Source: an uncultured Alphaproteobacteria bacterium
GTDB taxonomy: Bacteria > Pseudomonadota > Alphaproteobacteria > RF32 > CAG-239
DNA: 64,000 nucleotides
Direction: 5' to 3'
NCBI GenBank assembly: GCA_944392265.1
Contig: CALXWC010000002.1
Span: 17,729 to 81,728 of the forward strand
Position numbers and translations under genes: made by a program
The notes under the pieces: model-generated
What the model saw: only the letters and a program-made list of their open reading frames with translations
Told to the model about the DNA's origin: nothing
Database searches by the model: none
In this document: piece after piece, positions 16,292 through 25,482 of the stretch
Numbering within the stretch: the first letter of the stretch is position 1
Layout of the letters: each line of letters begins with the position of its first letter

Positions 16292-17158
16292 TTACCATCT
16301 TAAGCTTGAAATTACATAATCAGGGAAAGCATCAAAATTTTTAGACAACTCTCTGGTTTTGGCCACATCAGGAATATAGCCTTCTCCCAAATATGTCATA
16401 TGAATGCCTTTAGATACCAAACAAGCGTGTATTCCGGCAAGATTGGCGCCTTTAATATCTGTGGACATATTGTCCCCAATCAATAAAATCTTGTCTTTTT
16501 CCACATTATCAAGACTTTCCAAAGCATATTGCAACATTTGAATATTAGGTTTGCCTATGGTGATGATATTTCCACCCAAAATGGCATATTGCTCTGCAAA
16601 GGCTGCGGGCGCTAAACAAAATTGCCCGTTTTTATAAGTTGAGGTATCATTTCCGGCGCAAACAAAAGGCAAATTTAAGCTTGCCGCATATTCCAGCTCC
16701 GGCTGATATGTTTCAACCGTGTCTGTTATGTTTGCCACATCTGTCATCATTAGAAAATCTGCTTTTGAAACGTCATCGACGACTTCATAATCTAAATCAA
16801 AAAATATTCCTTTATCGTCTTTTGCACCTAACAGATAACATTTTTTTCCTAATGCGCCAAAATTACCCGCACCTGATTTTAACTGATAATGCAAAACTTC
16901 ACCGGCAGTGATAATTGTTTCAAACAAGCTTAGAGGAACTTTATTTTGGTGTAACAAAAGAGCCAATGTTTCCACTCTCATGGAATCATTGCTCAACAAA
17001 ACAATCTTTTTCTCTGACTTTTTTATATTAATCAAAGCTTGCAATGCTTCTGACTTTAAGCCTTGACCTTCTGTTAACACACCTGAAAATCCAACAATAA
17101 CCGCATCGTAATTGTCTATAATTTTCAATATATTAACAATGGGTTTTATCATTTTCAT
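16292..17158 (-). CDS. HAD-superfamily subfamily IIA protein (TIGR01459-like), motif I degenerate
   Basis: Motifs LLSNDS, GKPN and GDNMSTDIKGA are present. Motif I reads VGFSGVLTEG where DxWGVLhdG is expected. Confidence 0.78.
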   Translation of the reverse strand: MKMIKPIVNILKIIDNYDAVIVGFSGVLTEGQGLKSEALQALINIKKSEKKIVLLSNDSMRVETLALLLHQNKVPLSLFETIITAGEVLHYQLKSGAGNFGALGKKCYLLGAKDDKGIFFDLDYEVVDDVSKADFLMMTDVANITDTVETYQPELEYAASLNLPFVCAGNDTSTYKNGQFCLAPAAFAEQYAILGGNIITIGKPNIQMLQYALESLDNVEKDKILLIGDNMSTDIKGANLAGIHACLVSKGIHMTYLGEGYIPDVAKTRELSKNFDAFPDYVISSLRW

Positions 17159-17255
17159 TTTATTGTTTAAACCTCAATATCTTTTAATTTTTTTTCAAAT
17201 TAATCTAAAACCCAATCAAATTCAAGCAAATAAACAAAGTTTTAAGACCATAATT

Positions 17256-17984
17256 TTATTTCTTTTGGCTCAACTTTAAAATGACTTTATTAGCTATCAT
17301 CAATCCAAAAATAGCCGTGATGGTCGGAAGAGAACCAAGAGTATTTCTTACACCTTCTTCTTTGCTTTCAATAAAGCCTTTTTCTTCTGAATTTGTTTGT
17401 TCATCTGAAAACACACATTCTACCTTTGAGATATCTGTTCCGCGTTTTTTTAAGCGTTTTCTGATAAACTTTGCCAGACCGCAATTTTGTGTTTTATCCA
17501 AAGTGGCATATTTAATATGTGTTGGGTCTGTCTTTAAGGCTGCACCCATAGAAGAAATAAACGGAATATTATTTTTTATCAAAGCCTCTATCAAACCGCA
17601 TTTAGAGTTTAATGAATCTATGGCATCAACCACATAATCTACTTTTTTCTCCAAAAGTTCGGGAAGTGTTTTTTCATCCACAAAAGTATCTATGATTTCA
17701 ACTTCACAAGCAGGATTGATTGCCAAAACTCTCTCTTGGGCGACTTCTGTTTTTTTGCGTCCAACGGTGGAATGCAGAGCCAAAATTTGACGATTGATGT
17801 TGCTTTCATCAAACTTATCAAAATCAACCAAAATCAGGTGCCCGACCCCTGCTCTTGCCAAGGCCTCTAACACATAGCCCCCTACGGCACCCAAACCAAC
17901 CAACATAACCTTGGCAGACATTAATCTTTTTATACCGTCTTCTTTAAGCAAAAGCGAGGTTCTTAAAAATTGTTCTGCAATCAT
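17256..17984 (-). CDS. tcdA: tRNA threonylcarbamoyladenosine dehydratase (ThiF/E1-like, TcdA/CsdL)
   Basis: VMLVGLGAVGGYVLEALARAGVGHLILVDFDKFDESNINRQ Rossmann/E1 signature; about 240 aa. Confidence 0.82.
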   Translation of the reverse strand: MIAEQFLRTSLLLKEDGIKRLMSAKVMLVGLGAVGGYVLEALARAGVGHLILVDFDKFDESNINRQILALHSTVGRKKTEVAQERVLAINPACEVEIIDTFVDEKTLPELLEKKVDYVVDAIDSLNSKCGLIEALIKNNIPFISSMGAALKTDPTHIKYATLDKTQNCGLAKFIRKRLKKRGTDISKVECVFSDEQTNSEEKGFIESKEEGVRNTLGSLPTITAIFGLMIANKVILKLSQKK

Positions 17985-18721
17985 ATTTTTATAAACTCCA
18001 TCGAATTTTCATAAATTTGTGCTGCCATTTGTGATGCAGATTGCTTTCTTATATCTGCTATTTCTTGCAACAATTTCGGCAAAAAGGAAATATCACTTTC
18101 CTCTCCTTTTTCCAGAGCCTGATACGGTCCGTCCGTTTCAATCAACATTTTATTTAACGGTGTATTTTGAATAATTTCTTCTTTATGTTTATTTTTCAAA
18201 ATGGAAGCACAAAAAGAAACGTAGCCACCGTTTTTTATGATTTTTTTAAGATGTTCCAGATGACCGTTAAATGAGTGGAAAACAAATTTTTGCGGCAATT
18301 CAGACCAGACTTCATCCAACCAATCAATTGCTTTGACGGCATGAATGATTAACGGGCGATTATACTTTTTTGCCAAAAGACAATGAACCTTAAAAAATGA
18401 AAGCTGTGGCTCTTTTTCATTATCTTTGATTTTATCTAATCCGGTTTCACCAATCAAAGCCGAAGGATTGTCTTGCAAATATTGTTCTAAGTGTTTTGCC
18501 CAATCTAAGGAAGCTTCTTTAACATACCATGGATGCAACCCAAATGCAGGTATAACCTCTGAATGCGCCTGTGCCAGCTGTTGAACTTTTGCCCAATCTT
18601 GTTGTGTTGCAGAAACACAAATAACTTTTCTAACATTTAATTCGGGCATTGCGCCAAGAATATCCGTTGCACATTTTTGTTTATAATCTTGCAAATGAAT
18701 ATGTGTGTCTATAAACTGCAC
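17981..18721 (-). CDS. TatD-family metal-dependent hydrolase
   Basis: MQFIDTHIHL N-terminal HxH motif; ..IIHAV.. and ETDGPY motifs. Its stop overlaps the start of the downstream tcdA gene by 4 nt. Confidence 0.88.
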   Translation of the reverse strand: MQFIDTHIHLQDYKQKCATDILGAMPELNVRKVICVSATQQDWAKVQQLAQAHSEVIPAFGLHPWYVKEASLDWAKHLEQYLQDNPSALIGETGLDKIKDNEKEPQLSFFKVHCLLAKKYNRPLIIHAVKAIDWLDEVWSELPQKFVFHSFNGHLEHLKKIIKNGGYVSFCASILKNKHKEEIIQNTPLNKMLIETDGPYQALEKGEESDISFLPKLLQEIADIRKQSASQMAAQIYENSMEFIKI

Positions 18722-18770
18722 TTAATGTTCCTGTTAAAATTGATTAGTTTTGAAAGGATATTAAAAAATT

Positions 18771-19862
18771 ATGCATATTTTTACAAGACCAATTTTAGAA
18801 ATTAATCTTTTCAATTTGCTTGAAAACTTTAATCAATTAACCAAGCTTGCCAAAAACTCCATCCCCGCTGCCGTCATTAAAGATGACGCTTATGGTTTGG
18901 GTGCTGAAATTGTGGCTAAGACTTTATACAAAAAAGCAAACTGCCGCCATTTTTTTGTAGCGCATGCCATTGAGGGAGAAAGAATCAGAAACAAAGTGCC
19001 TGATGCTCAAATTTTTGTTTTGCAAGGTATTGGTGAAGACAGTTTAGCTTGCTTTGAACAAAACCACTTGATTCCGGTTATCAGTTCTCCGCAAATGTTT
19101 GAATTTTGGAAAGTTCATAAAATTTCTGGCATCAAACCCGTTATTCATATTGAAACAGGACTTAATCGTTTGGGCTTTAGAGAATGGGATTTGGAAAAAT
19201 TGTCTGCCGACGATATTAAAGAATTTTCTATGGTGATGTCTCATTTGGCATGTGGTGATGAAAAAGACCACTTTATGAACAAACATCAGCTAGAAAACTT
19301 TAATCGCCTCAAGCAAAAATACTTTCCTCTTCTTCCGGCTTCTTTGGCTGCCTCTGACGGTGTTTTCTTAGGTCAAGATTTTCAGCAAGATATGGTGCGT
19401 TTAGGTGCTGCAATGTATGGCCTCAATACAGCACCGTATAGAGAAAATCAGATGAAAAACGTGATTTATCTTAAAGCTCCTGTTTTGCAGATAGAAGATT
19501 TACCTCAGGGAGAATTTGTCGGATATTCGGCAACTTATCGAGCAAACAGCAACAGAAAAATCGCTATTATTTCCATTGGTTACGGAGATGGAATTCCTCG
19601 CTCATTATCCAATGTGGGAAAAGTGTTTTTCAAATCTAAAAATCAGCTGTTTGAGGCTAGAATTATCGGTAGAATTTCTATGGATAATATTATTTGTGAT
19701 GTTACCAATGTGGAAGATTTAAACGTTGGTGATTGGTGCTATTTGTTGGATGATTTTTATACACTTGACGATATGGGCAGAGATGCCGGAACAATCGGCT
19801 ATGAAATTGTATCCAGAATCGGAAAAAACACGAGATATATTCGCCATTATATTAACGAGTAA
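18771..19862 (+). CDS. alr: Alanine racemase
   Basis: AVIKDDAYGLGA (PLP-Lys motif), ..ETGLNRLGF.., SHLACGDE, GYGDG pattern; 363 aa. Confidence 0.87.
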   Translation: MHIFTRPILEINLFNLLENFNQLTKLAKNSIPAAVIKDDAYGLGAEIVAKTLYKKANCRHFFVAHAIEGERIRNKVPDAQIFVLQGIGEDSLACFEQNHLIPVISSPQMFEFWKVHKISGIKPVIHIETGLNRLGFREWDLEKLSADDIKEFSMVMSHLACGDEKDHFMNKHQLENFNRLKQKYFPLLPASLAASDGVFLGQDFQQDMVRLGAAMYGLNTAPYRENQMKNVIYLKAPVLQIEDLPQGEFVGYSATYRANSNRKIAIISIGYGDGIPRSLSNVGKVFFKSKNQLFEARIIGRISMDNIICDVTNVEDLNVGDWCYLLDDFYTLDDMGRDAGTIGYEIVSRIGKNTRYIRHYINE

Positions 19863-19902
19863 TCTTAATCAAAAGCCTATAAGCAAGAAATAGTAACGCA
19901 AA

Positions 19903-19933
19903 AACGCCGAAGATATAATCCTCGGCGTTTTTT
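19903..19933 (+). terminator. Rho-independent terminator after alr
   Basis: aacgccga-N11-tcggcgtt hairpin followed by a T-run. Confidence 0.8.
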
Positions 19934-19953
19934 ATCATGAGTAACCTAATCAG

Positions 19954-20029
<76 letters not shown>

Positions 20030-20097
20030 AATGTTCATAAATCTAATATCTGCCAAAACAAAATGCAAGTCTTATTTATGCAAAAACGGCTCTTATC

Positions 20098-20127
20098 CCA
20101 AAGAAAATACCCCGAAAATCGGGGTAT
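20098..20127 (-). terminator. Rho-independent terminator of the mechanosensitive channel gene
   Basis: Minus strand: ataccccga-ttt-tcggggtat hairpin followed by TTTTCTTT. Confidence 0.8.
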
Positions 20128-20132
20128 TTAAT

Positions 20133-22628
20133 TTATGCTTCTTTCAGCTTTTTCTTTTTAGAAGGAGCTTTTTTACTTTCCTTTTTTTCTGATTTTAATT
20201 TTTCCAGCAAAGCAGCTCTTATTTCCGGATCACCCAAAGTTAATGTTTGTTGCGGGAACGGAATTTCTATTCCCTCTTCACGGAAACGTCTGTCTATTTC
20301 AAAACGCAAATCACTTGGAATAATCCATCCGGTCCAAATATCACTGGTGTAACAACGCAACTCAAAATCTAAGCTGCTCGGACCAAAGTCTTTGAAAATA
20401 ACCGAAGGTGCAGGTTTCTTTAACACACGTTTGTGGTTCTCGGCACATTCTAATAAAATTTCTGCAACTCGTTTGGTATCTGAACCATAAGCCACACCAA
20501 CCATAATTGACATTCTGGAAGAATTATCACTATGGGTTAAGTTGGTTACCGTGGTGGAAAGCAAGTTTGCATTCGGAATAATCAAGCTTGTCTTTCTAAA
20601 GGTTTCAACTTCCGTTGCACGAATGTTAATTTGCTTAACTCTGCCTTCTTCTCCATTAATGTTAACCCAGTCACCAACTTTAATCGGTCTTTCAAACAAA
20701 ATGATGATACCTGATACGAAGTTATTTACCACATTCTGTAAGCCCAAACCGATACCAACGGAAAGAGCACCGGCGATTAAGGCAAGGTTTCCTAAATCTC
20801 CTCCCATGATGGCTATTGCCAACAGCGCCGATAAGACATACCCTATTGAACCAAAGCCTGATTCCAACGATGCCTTAATGCCTTCATCAATATCCATTTT
20901 ATTTAAGACATTGCCGACCAATCTTTTCTTTAATGCTTTAACAACATTTACGGCAACAAAGAATATGGCAAAACCTAAAAAGATTGATACCAGAGAAATT
21001 TTGACACCGCCGACCTTAAATCCGGTAAAAAGCTTATAAATACCATGATTTAACACATCTGTTGAAGCACCCCACAAAGCCAAAATCAAGTAAATGGCTC
21101 CCAAGACGAACAGAGGGTCAACAACCAAGCTTATCCAAAAGTTTACTTTTGATAAGATACGACGTTTGATACGGAAATTTTTGGCCCAAAAGCGCATTAA
21201 TAAAATGCGGTGAATGATTTCTTCAAAAGCTTTTCTAACAATAAACAAGAACCCTAACAAAATAAAGGTCATGATTATGCGGTTCAAAATAAAGGCTGAT
21301 AAGAACGGATAACCGGAAACAGCAATCACGCATAATACAAAACCGGCAAACATTGTGAAAAATGTAACGCGGAACATTAAACTGTCATCAGGAGTTTCTT
21401 GAACTTCTTGATTTTCTTCGTCCTCTTCATTTTCACTATCATCGTCTTGTATGCCATCCCAGAATATTCTACGAATAATCAAAACAATGAAGAATGATTT
21501 TACAAAACATCCGACAGCCGTGATATAAGCAGATAAATCTATGTTATAGTCAGAGCGATCAGCCAGATGTTCTAAAAAGCCAAATAAGCCAATGGCATAT
21601 ATCATTCCGTAAAAAGCAGAAGCCAAGCTAAATGCTTTTTCATTATTAATATTTACCAAGCGCCATTTTTCATTATACGGTGCAAAGACTACTCGCGCAA
21701 TGGCTCTTCCCAACAAAACATATAAAGAGAAAAACAAAAAGCTTCCGACAACAGAGGCAAAATATCCGTCAATGACCGATGTGGTTGATAACCAGATAAG
21801 CATTGCCACGATAAGCGATGACGGAATCACACCATAGCCGATGGCAACAAAAACTGCCGCAGAAACTTTTCTGCCATATCTTGGGTGTTCAATATCTTTA
21901 TCATAGCCAAATTTGCGCATAATCAACAAACGCAAATACACACCTAAGAGCAAGCTCAAGGCAAAAGTAATACAAACAGGAAGAACGCTGCTGAAGACCT
22001 CTCCTCTCTGGCTTTCATTTAAGCTTGTATACCAATTTATCGGAGAATAAATAATATCATACACAAAACTTAAAAAGTATTTATTTGCCTCATACAAGTT
22101 GGTGGGGGAAAATAATACTTTTTGTTTGTTTAACAAATTTCCAAACAGCTCCATACTGCGCAGATTAAGAATCCTTGTATCAAGCTCATCTAATCTGGCC
22201 AAAATGACATCTGCTTCGGCAACTTTGCCTTTTTGCGTATCTAATTCAGCGGTAAATTCTTTGCGTTTTTGAGCCAATAATTTTGACTCTTTTCCGCCTT
22301 CAGGAACTTGTCCTAAAGCATCAAGCTTCTTTTGAGTGTATTGCAAATCTTGCTCTACCGTTTTTTTGGTTTCAAGCGCAATACTTCTCATTGATGCAGA
22401 AAATTTCATACTGGATTGTAAATAGTCCGGTTTTGCGGAACCACTTTTCAAAACCTTATCAATTTCATTAATCTGCTGGCTGAATTTTAAGTAATCAAAT
22501 TTACCTAAAGTTTCTGCTTGTGTTTTTTCTGCAGATGCAGCCTCTTCAGCATAGACTTTGGGGGCTGCCAACATCAAAGAACAAAACAGAATTAATAAAA
22601 ATGAATAAATTTTCTGCATAAAGGACAC
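20133..22628 (-). CDS. MscK/KefA-like mechanosensitive channel (MscS family with large N-terminal extension)
   Basis: 831 aa: signal peptide, periplasmic coiled-coil region, about 11 TM helices, and the MscS core ...FERPIKVGDWVNINGEEGRVKQINIRATEV.... Confidence 0.88.
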   Translation of the reverse strand: MSFMQKIYSFLLILFCSLMLAAPKVYAEEAASAEKTQAETLGKFDYLKFSQQINEIDKVLKSGSAKPDYLQSSMKFSASMRSIALETKKTVEQDLQYTQKKLDALGQVPEGGKESKLLAQKRKEFTAELDTQKGKVAEADVILARLDELDTRILNLRSMELFGNLLNKQKVLFSPTNLYEANKYFLSFVYDIIYSPINWYTSLNESQRGEVFSSVLPVCITFALSLLLGVYLRLLIMRKFGYDKDIEHPRYGRKVSAAVFVAIGYGVIPSSLIVAMLIWLSTTSVIDGYFASVVGSFLFFSLYVLLGRAIARVVFAPYNEKWRLVNINNEKAFSLASAFYGMIYAIGLFGFLEHLADRSDYNIDLSAYITAVGCFVKSFFIVLIIRRIFWDGIQDDDSENEEDEENQEVQETPDDSLMFRVTFFTMFAGFVLCVIAVSGYPFLSAFILNRIIMTFILLGFLFIVRKAFEEIIHRILLMRFWAKNFRIKRRILSKVNFWISLVVDPLFVLGAIYLILALWGASTDVLNHGIYKLFTGFKVGGVKISLVSIFLGFAIFFVAVNVVKALKKRLVGNVLNKMDIDEGIKASLESGFGSIGYVLSALLAIAIMGGDLGNLALIAGALSVGIGLGLQNVVNNFVSGIIILFERPIKVGDWVNINGEEGRVKQINIRATEVETFRKTSLIIPNANLLSTTVTNLTHSDNSSRMSIMVGVAYGSDTKRVAEILLECAENHKRVLKKPAPSVIFKDFGPSSLDFELRCYTSDIWTGWIIPSDLRFEIDRRFREEGIEIPFPQQTLTLGDPEIRAALLEKLKSEKKESKKAPSKKKKLKEA

Positions 22629-22642
22629 TCCTTTAGATTATT

Positions 22643-23647
22643 TTATTTTCCCAGCATTAATTTCATAACATTAAATGCATTCTTGGCAATGCCAACACGC
22701 AAATTGTCAGCAACACACCAAAAACTAATGCCGTTTTCAACAGATACGTCTTGGCGCAAGCGGCTGACATAGACCTCATTTTCGCCTTGAACGTCACTCA
22801 TTGTGACATAGCCGCCGTTTACATGTTTATCAAAAACAACCACGCCTTCGGTTTTGCTCATTAATGTACGAACATCTTCAACATCAACATCATCAGCGCA
22901 TTCAACATTTACAAACAAACCGCAACCGATGAAGGCCGGAATAACGGCACAGTTGGCATGAACCTTAATATTGCCGTTCAATACTTTTTTGGTTTCTGCA
23001 TTCAAAGCCCATTCGGTTTCTGTTTCATCACCCAAAAAATCTCCGACTTGTGGAATGACGTTAAAGGCAATTTGTTTATTAAAGACTTGTTGGTCGTCAA
23101 CAAGAGAATCGTTCATATAAATTTTTCTGACCTGATTGAAGAGCTCATCCATACCTTCTTTACCATAAACGGAAGTTGAGCTGTATGAAGTGACAACCAA
23201 ACGATTAATCAAATATTTTTCATGAACTTTACTCAAAGGTAATAACATTTGGGTTACGGCTGCAGAAGGAATCGAAACCAAACCGCGTTTGGCTTCATTT
23301 ATCTTGGCATCATTAACGCCGGCCACAATCATCGGAACATCTTCTTCAGCAAAAAAGGCTGATGAAGTATCTATAACCTTAATTCCTTTGCTCAAAGCCT
23401 TAGGAACATAGCGTTTGGCTAATTCGGACGTGGTGGCAAAAAGTGCGATGTCTACCTTGCCAAAGTCAAAATCATCCAGATTATAAACATCTAAGTCATC
23501 ATCTTCTCCGTAAGAGACCTGATTGCCCAATACGGACTTATAATCAACGGCAAAAACATCTTTTGCTTTAATACCGTCTTCTTCCAAAAAACTTAAAATT
23601 TCTCTTCCGACGCTTTCCATAACGCCGACTACTGCTATTTTTGTCAT
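22643..23647 (-). CDS. Aspartate-semialdehyde dehydrogenase/USG-1 family homologue with substituted catalytic residues
   Basis: Start set at MTKIAVVG (AAGGAAG SD). The fold-level motifs QIAFNVIPQ and FWCVADNLRVGIAKNA are kept. NPNCST is IPSAAV, TYQ.VSGAG is SYSSTSVYG and R.P...GH is VIPAFIGC. Confidence 0.85.
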   Translation of the reverse strand: MTKIAVVGVMESVGREILSFLEEDGIKAKDVFAVDYKSVLGNQVSYGEDDDLDVYNLDDFDFGKVDIALFATTSELAKRYVPKALSKGIKVIDTSSAFFAEEDVPMIVAGVNDAKINEAKRGLVSIPSAAVTQMLLPLSKVHEKYLINRLVVTSYSSTSVYGKEGMDELFNQVRKIYMNDSLVDDQQVFNKQIAFNVIPQVGDFLGDETETEWALNAETKKVLNGNIKVHANCAVIPAFIGCGLFVNVECADDVDVEDVRTLMSKTEGVVVFDKHVNGGYVTMSDVQGENEVYVSRLRQDVSVENGISFWCVADNLRVGIAKNAFNVMKLMLGK

Positions 23648-23742
23648 TCGAATCTTCCTTAAAATAAAAAAACATTTGGCTTTTTTATATAACAATTTTT
23701 TTCTTTATACCAAGAAATATTTAAAATTTTTTCAATATTTTA

Positions 23743-23771
23743 TTGACGTATTTTAGACAAAATGATATATT
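23743..23771 (+). promoter_or_regulatory. Putative sigma70 promoter with extended -10
   Basis: TTGACG-N17-TATATT with TG one nt upstream of the -10. About 160 nt upstream of the ATG at 23936. Confidence 0.5.
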
Positions 23772-23935
23772 TCCCTTGTTTTATGATTATTATGGTTATT
23801 ACTTTAAACGGGTTAATTGATTCTTTGTCAAAGGGGAAACAATTGATTGGTTTTTGGCGATGATGATAATAAGCTTAAGGCTCTTGTTCCGAAAATCGGG
23901 CAAGATAATTTATTCATTTTAATTTTTTTAATTTT

Positions 23936-25390
23936 ATGAAACATTTTAATTTTACGGCAATTATTATTGCCATCGTTGCTCCATTCGTTAAATTGTTTCC
24001 TGCATGGGCACTCAAGTACACAAAAAGGTCAAATCCATTTGCTCAGAAGTTCCAACTTTCAGCAATTGATGAGGAAAATTATTTCTTAAAGCATCCTCAA
24101 TCTACGGAATGGGTGGCAGAAAGAATTTGGCATTTGCAAACGCGCAAGTACTTCTACAACCTCAAAGATATGAGACCTGAGCTCTTTGAAATTTTTATCA
24201 AAGATATCCCAAACTCTGTAATCTTTGATGCAGCATATGAAATTGCTCCGGAAGATGCCATCAAAGCAAAAAACTACACGCTTGACAGCAAACGACTTGT
24301 TAAGGCCTGTGATGATAACGTAAATTATCTTTACATCTTGGCCAACAAACAACCTCAAAGCTTTACGGTTGATGTGGTGAAAAAATTAGGAGAGAATCGT
24401 CAAAAGGCCTATTTTTCTTACCTTTTTACCAAATGCAATTGGGATAAGCTGAGAGAGCTAGACGTTTTGCTTTGTGAAGCGTATAAGAAAAGTGATGAGG
24501 CAAAAAATTGCCTTTCATTTTTGTTAAGGCAGAAAGACTATGAACCAAATCTTTCTGCTGAACAATTAAGCTCTCTTGGTGGCGAATTTGCCAAGTGGTG
24601 CCAAAATTCTTCCCCTTTTATCGTGGCTGATAAAATGGCAGATTATTGGGCAAAAGAACAAAATTTTATTGCCATTAATGATTTGCTTCAACGTGTAATA
24701 AGAACAGAGGCCAGTCAGCAACGAGATATCACAGCTCGCAAGCTATTGCGAATGCTTCCGACCGACATCACTTATTATGCCGAAAACATAAATCTGATGT
24801 TGGAACGAGGTATTGCTTGTCCTTATGCTTTTAAGTTTTTGTTAGACCAAGAAGATTTGGCAAATGCCAATCTTAACTTGGCTCTTTGCATTAACCAAAA
24901 ACTTGAAGGCAACATATTAAAGCAAGATTTTGAACGCTTTGATATTAACCTAAAGGAAAAGCTTTTGTTTGCTTTAGCTGACGATAATCTGCTCTCTAAA
25001 GAAATGCTCAATCAAGCTCCTAATGAGACTATCAAAAAGAGACTATTGGACATTTTGGAAGAGAAAGCGCAAGTCAAATGGTTTGAGCCTCAATTAGGAT
25101 ACAGTATTAAATCTGAATCTATAAAAATCCTTGATAATTATTTCAAAAACGGAAAAATCTATGGTGCACTCCAAGATTTGACTTTCAGAGATTATCAATG
25201 GGTTCAAATTTTTGTTGAGCAGAATTGGTATAATGATGAGCACAAATTAAAACTGATGCAGAGCGTGTTTGTATATCAAATTCAATTTTTTATACAAAAA
25301 TACGGTATCACGCAAGCTCAGTTTGAGGCCCTTCTTACCGGACGCAATTCTCAGTTAGCTCCGGAGGCCATGCAGTATTTGAAAAAATAA
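23936..25390 (+). CDS. Hypothetical protein (484 aa), predicted mostly helical
   Basis: Long ORF with a hydrophobic N-terminus. No recognisable motif. A terminator follows. Confidence 0.65.
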   Translation: MKHFNFTAIIIAIVAPFVKLFPAWALKYTKRSNPFAQKFQLSAIDEENYFLKHPQSTEWVAERIWHLQTRKYFYNLKDMRPELFEIFIKDIPNSVIFDAAYEIAPEDAIKAKNYTLDSKRLVKACDDNVNYLYILANKQPQSFTVDVVKKLGENRQKAYFSYLFTKCNWDKLRELDVLLCEAYKKSDEAKNCLSFLLRQKDYEPNLSAEQLSSLGGEFAKWCQNSSPFIVADKMADYWAKEQNFIAINDLLQRVIRTEASQQRDITARKLLRMLPTDITYYAENINLMLERGIACPYAFKFLLDQEDLANANLNLALCINQKLEGNILKQDFERFDINLKEKLLFALADDNLLSKEMLNQAPNETIKKRLLDILEEKAQVKWFEPQLGYSIKSESIKILDNYFKNGKIYGALQDLTFRDYQWVQIFVEQNWYNDEHKLKLMQSVFVYQIQFFIQKYGITQAQFEALLTGRNSQLAPEAMQYLKK

Positions 25391-25445
25391 ACCTTGTCTC
25401 CTGAGGTCATAATAGGAGAATCAATTAGCCATATTTACTTTTATT

Positions 25446-25480
25446 AAAAACGCCCCGGCTTGTGAAAGTCAGGGCGTTTT
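25446..25480. terminator. Bidirectional rho-independent terminator
   Basis: aaacgccc-N16-gggcgttt hairpin flanked by A- and T-runs, between convergent genes. Confidence 0.75.
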
Positions 25481-25482
25481 GC

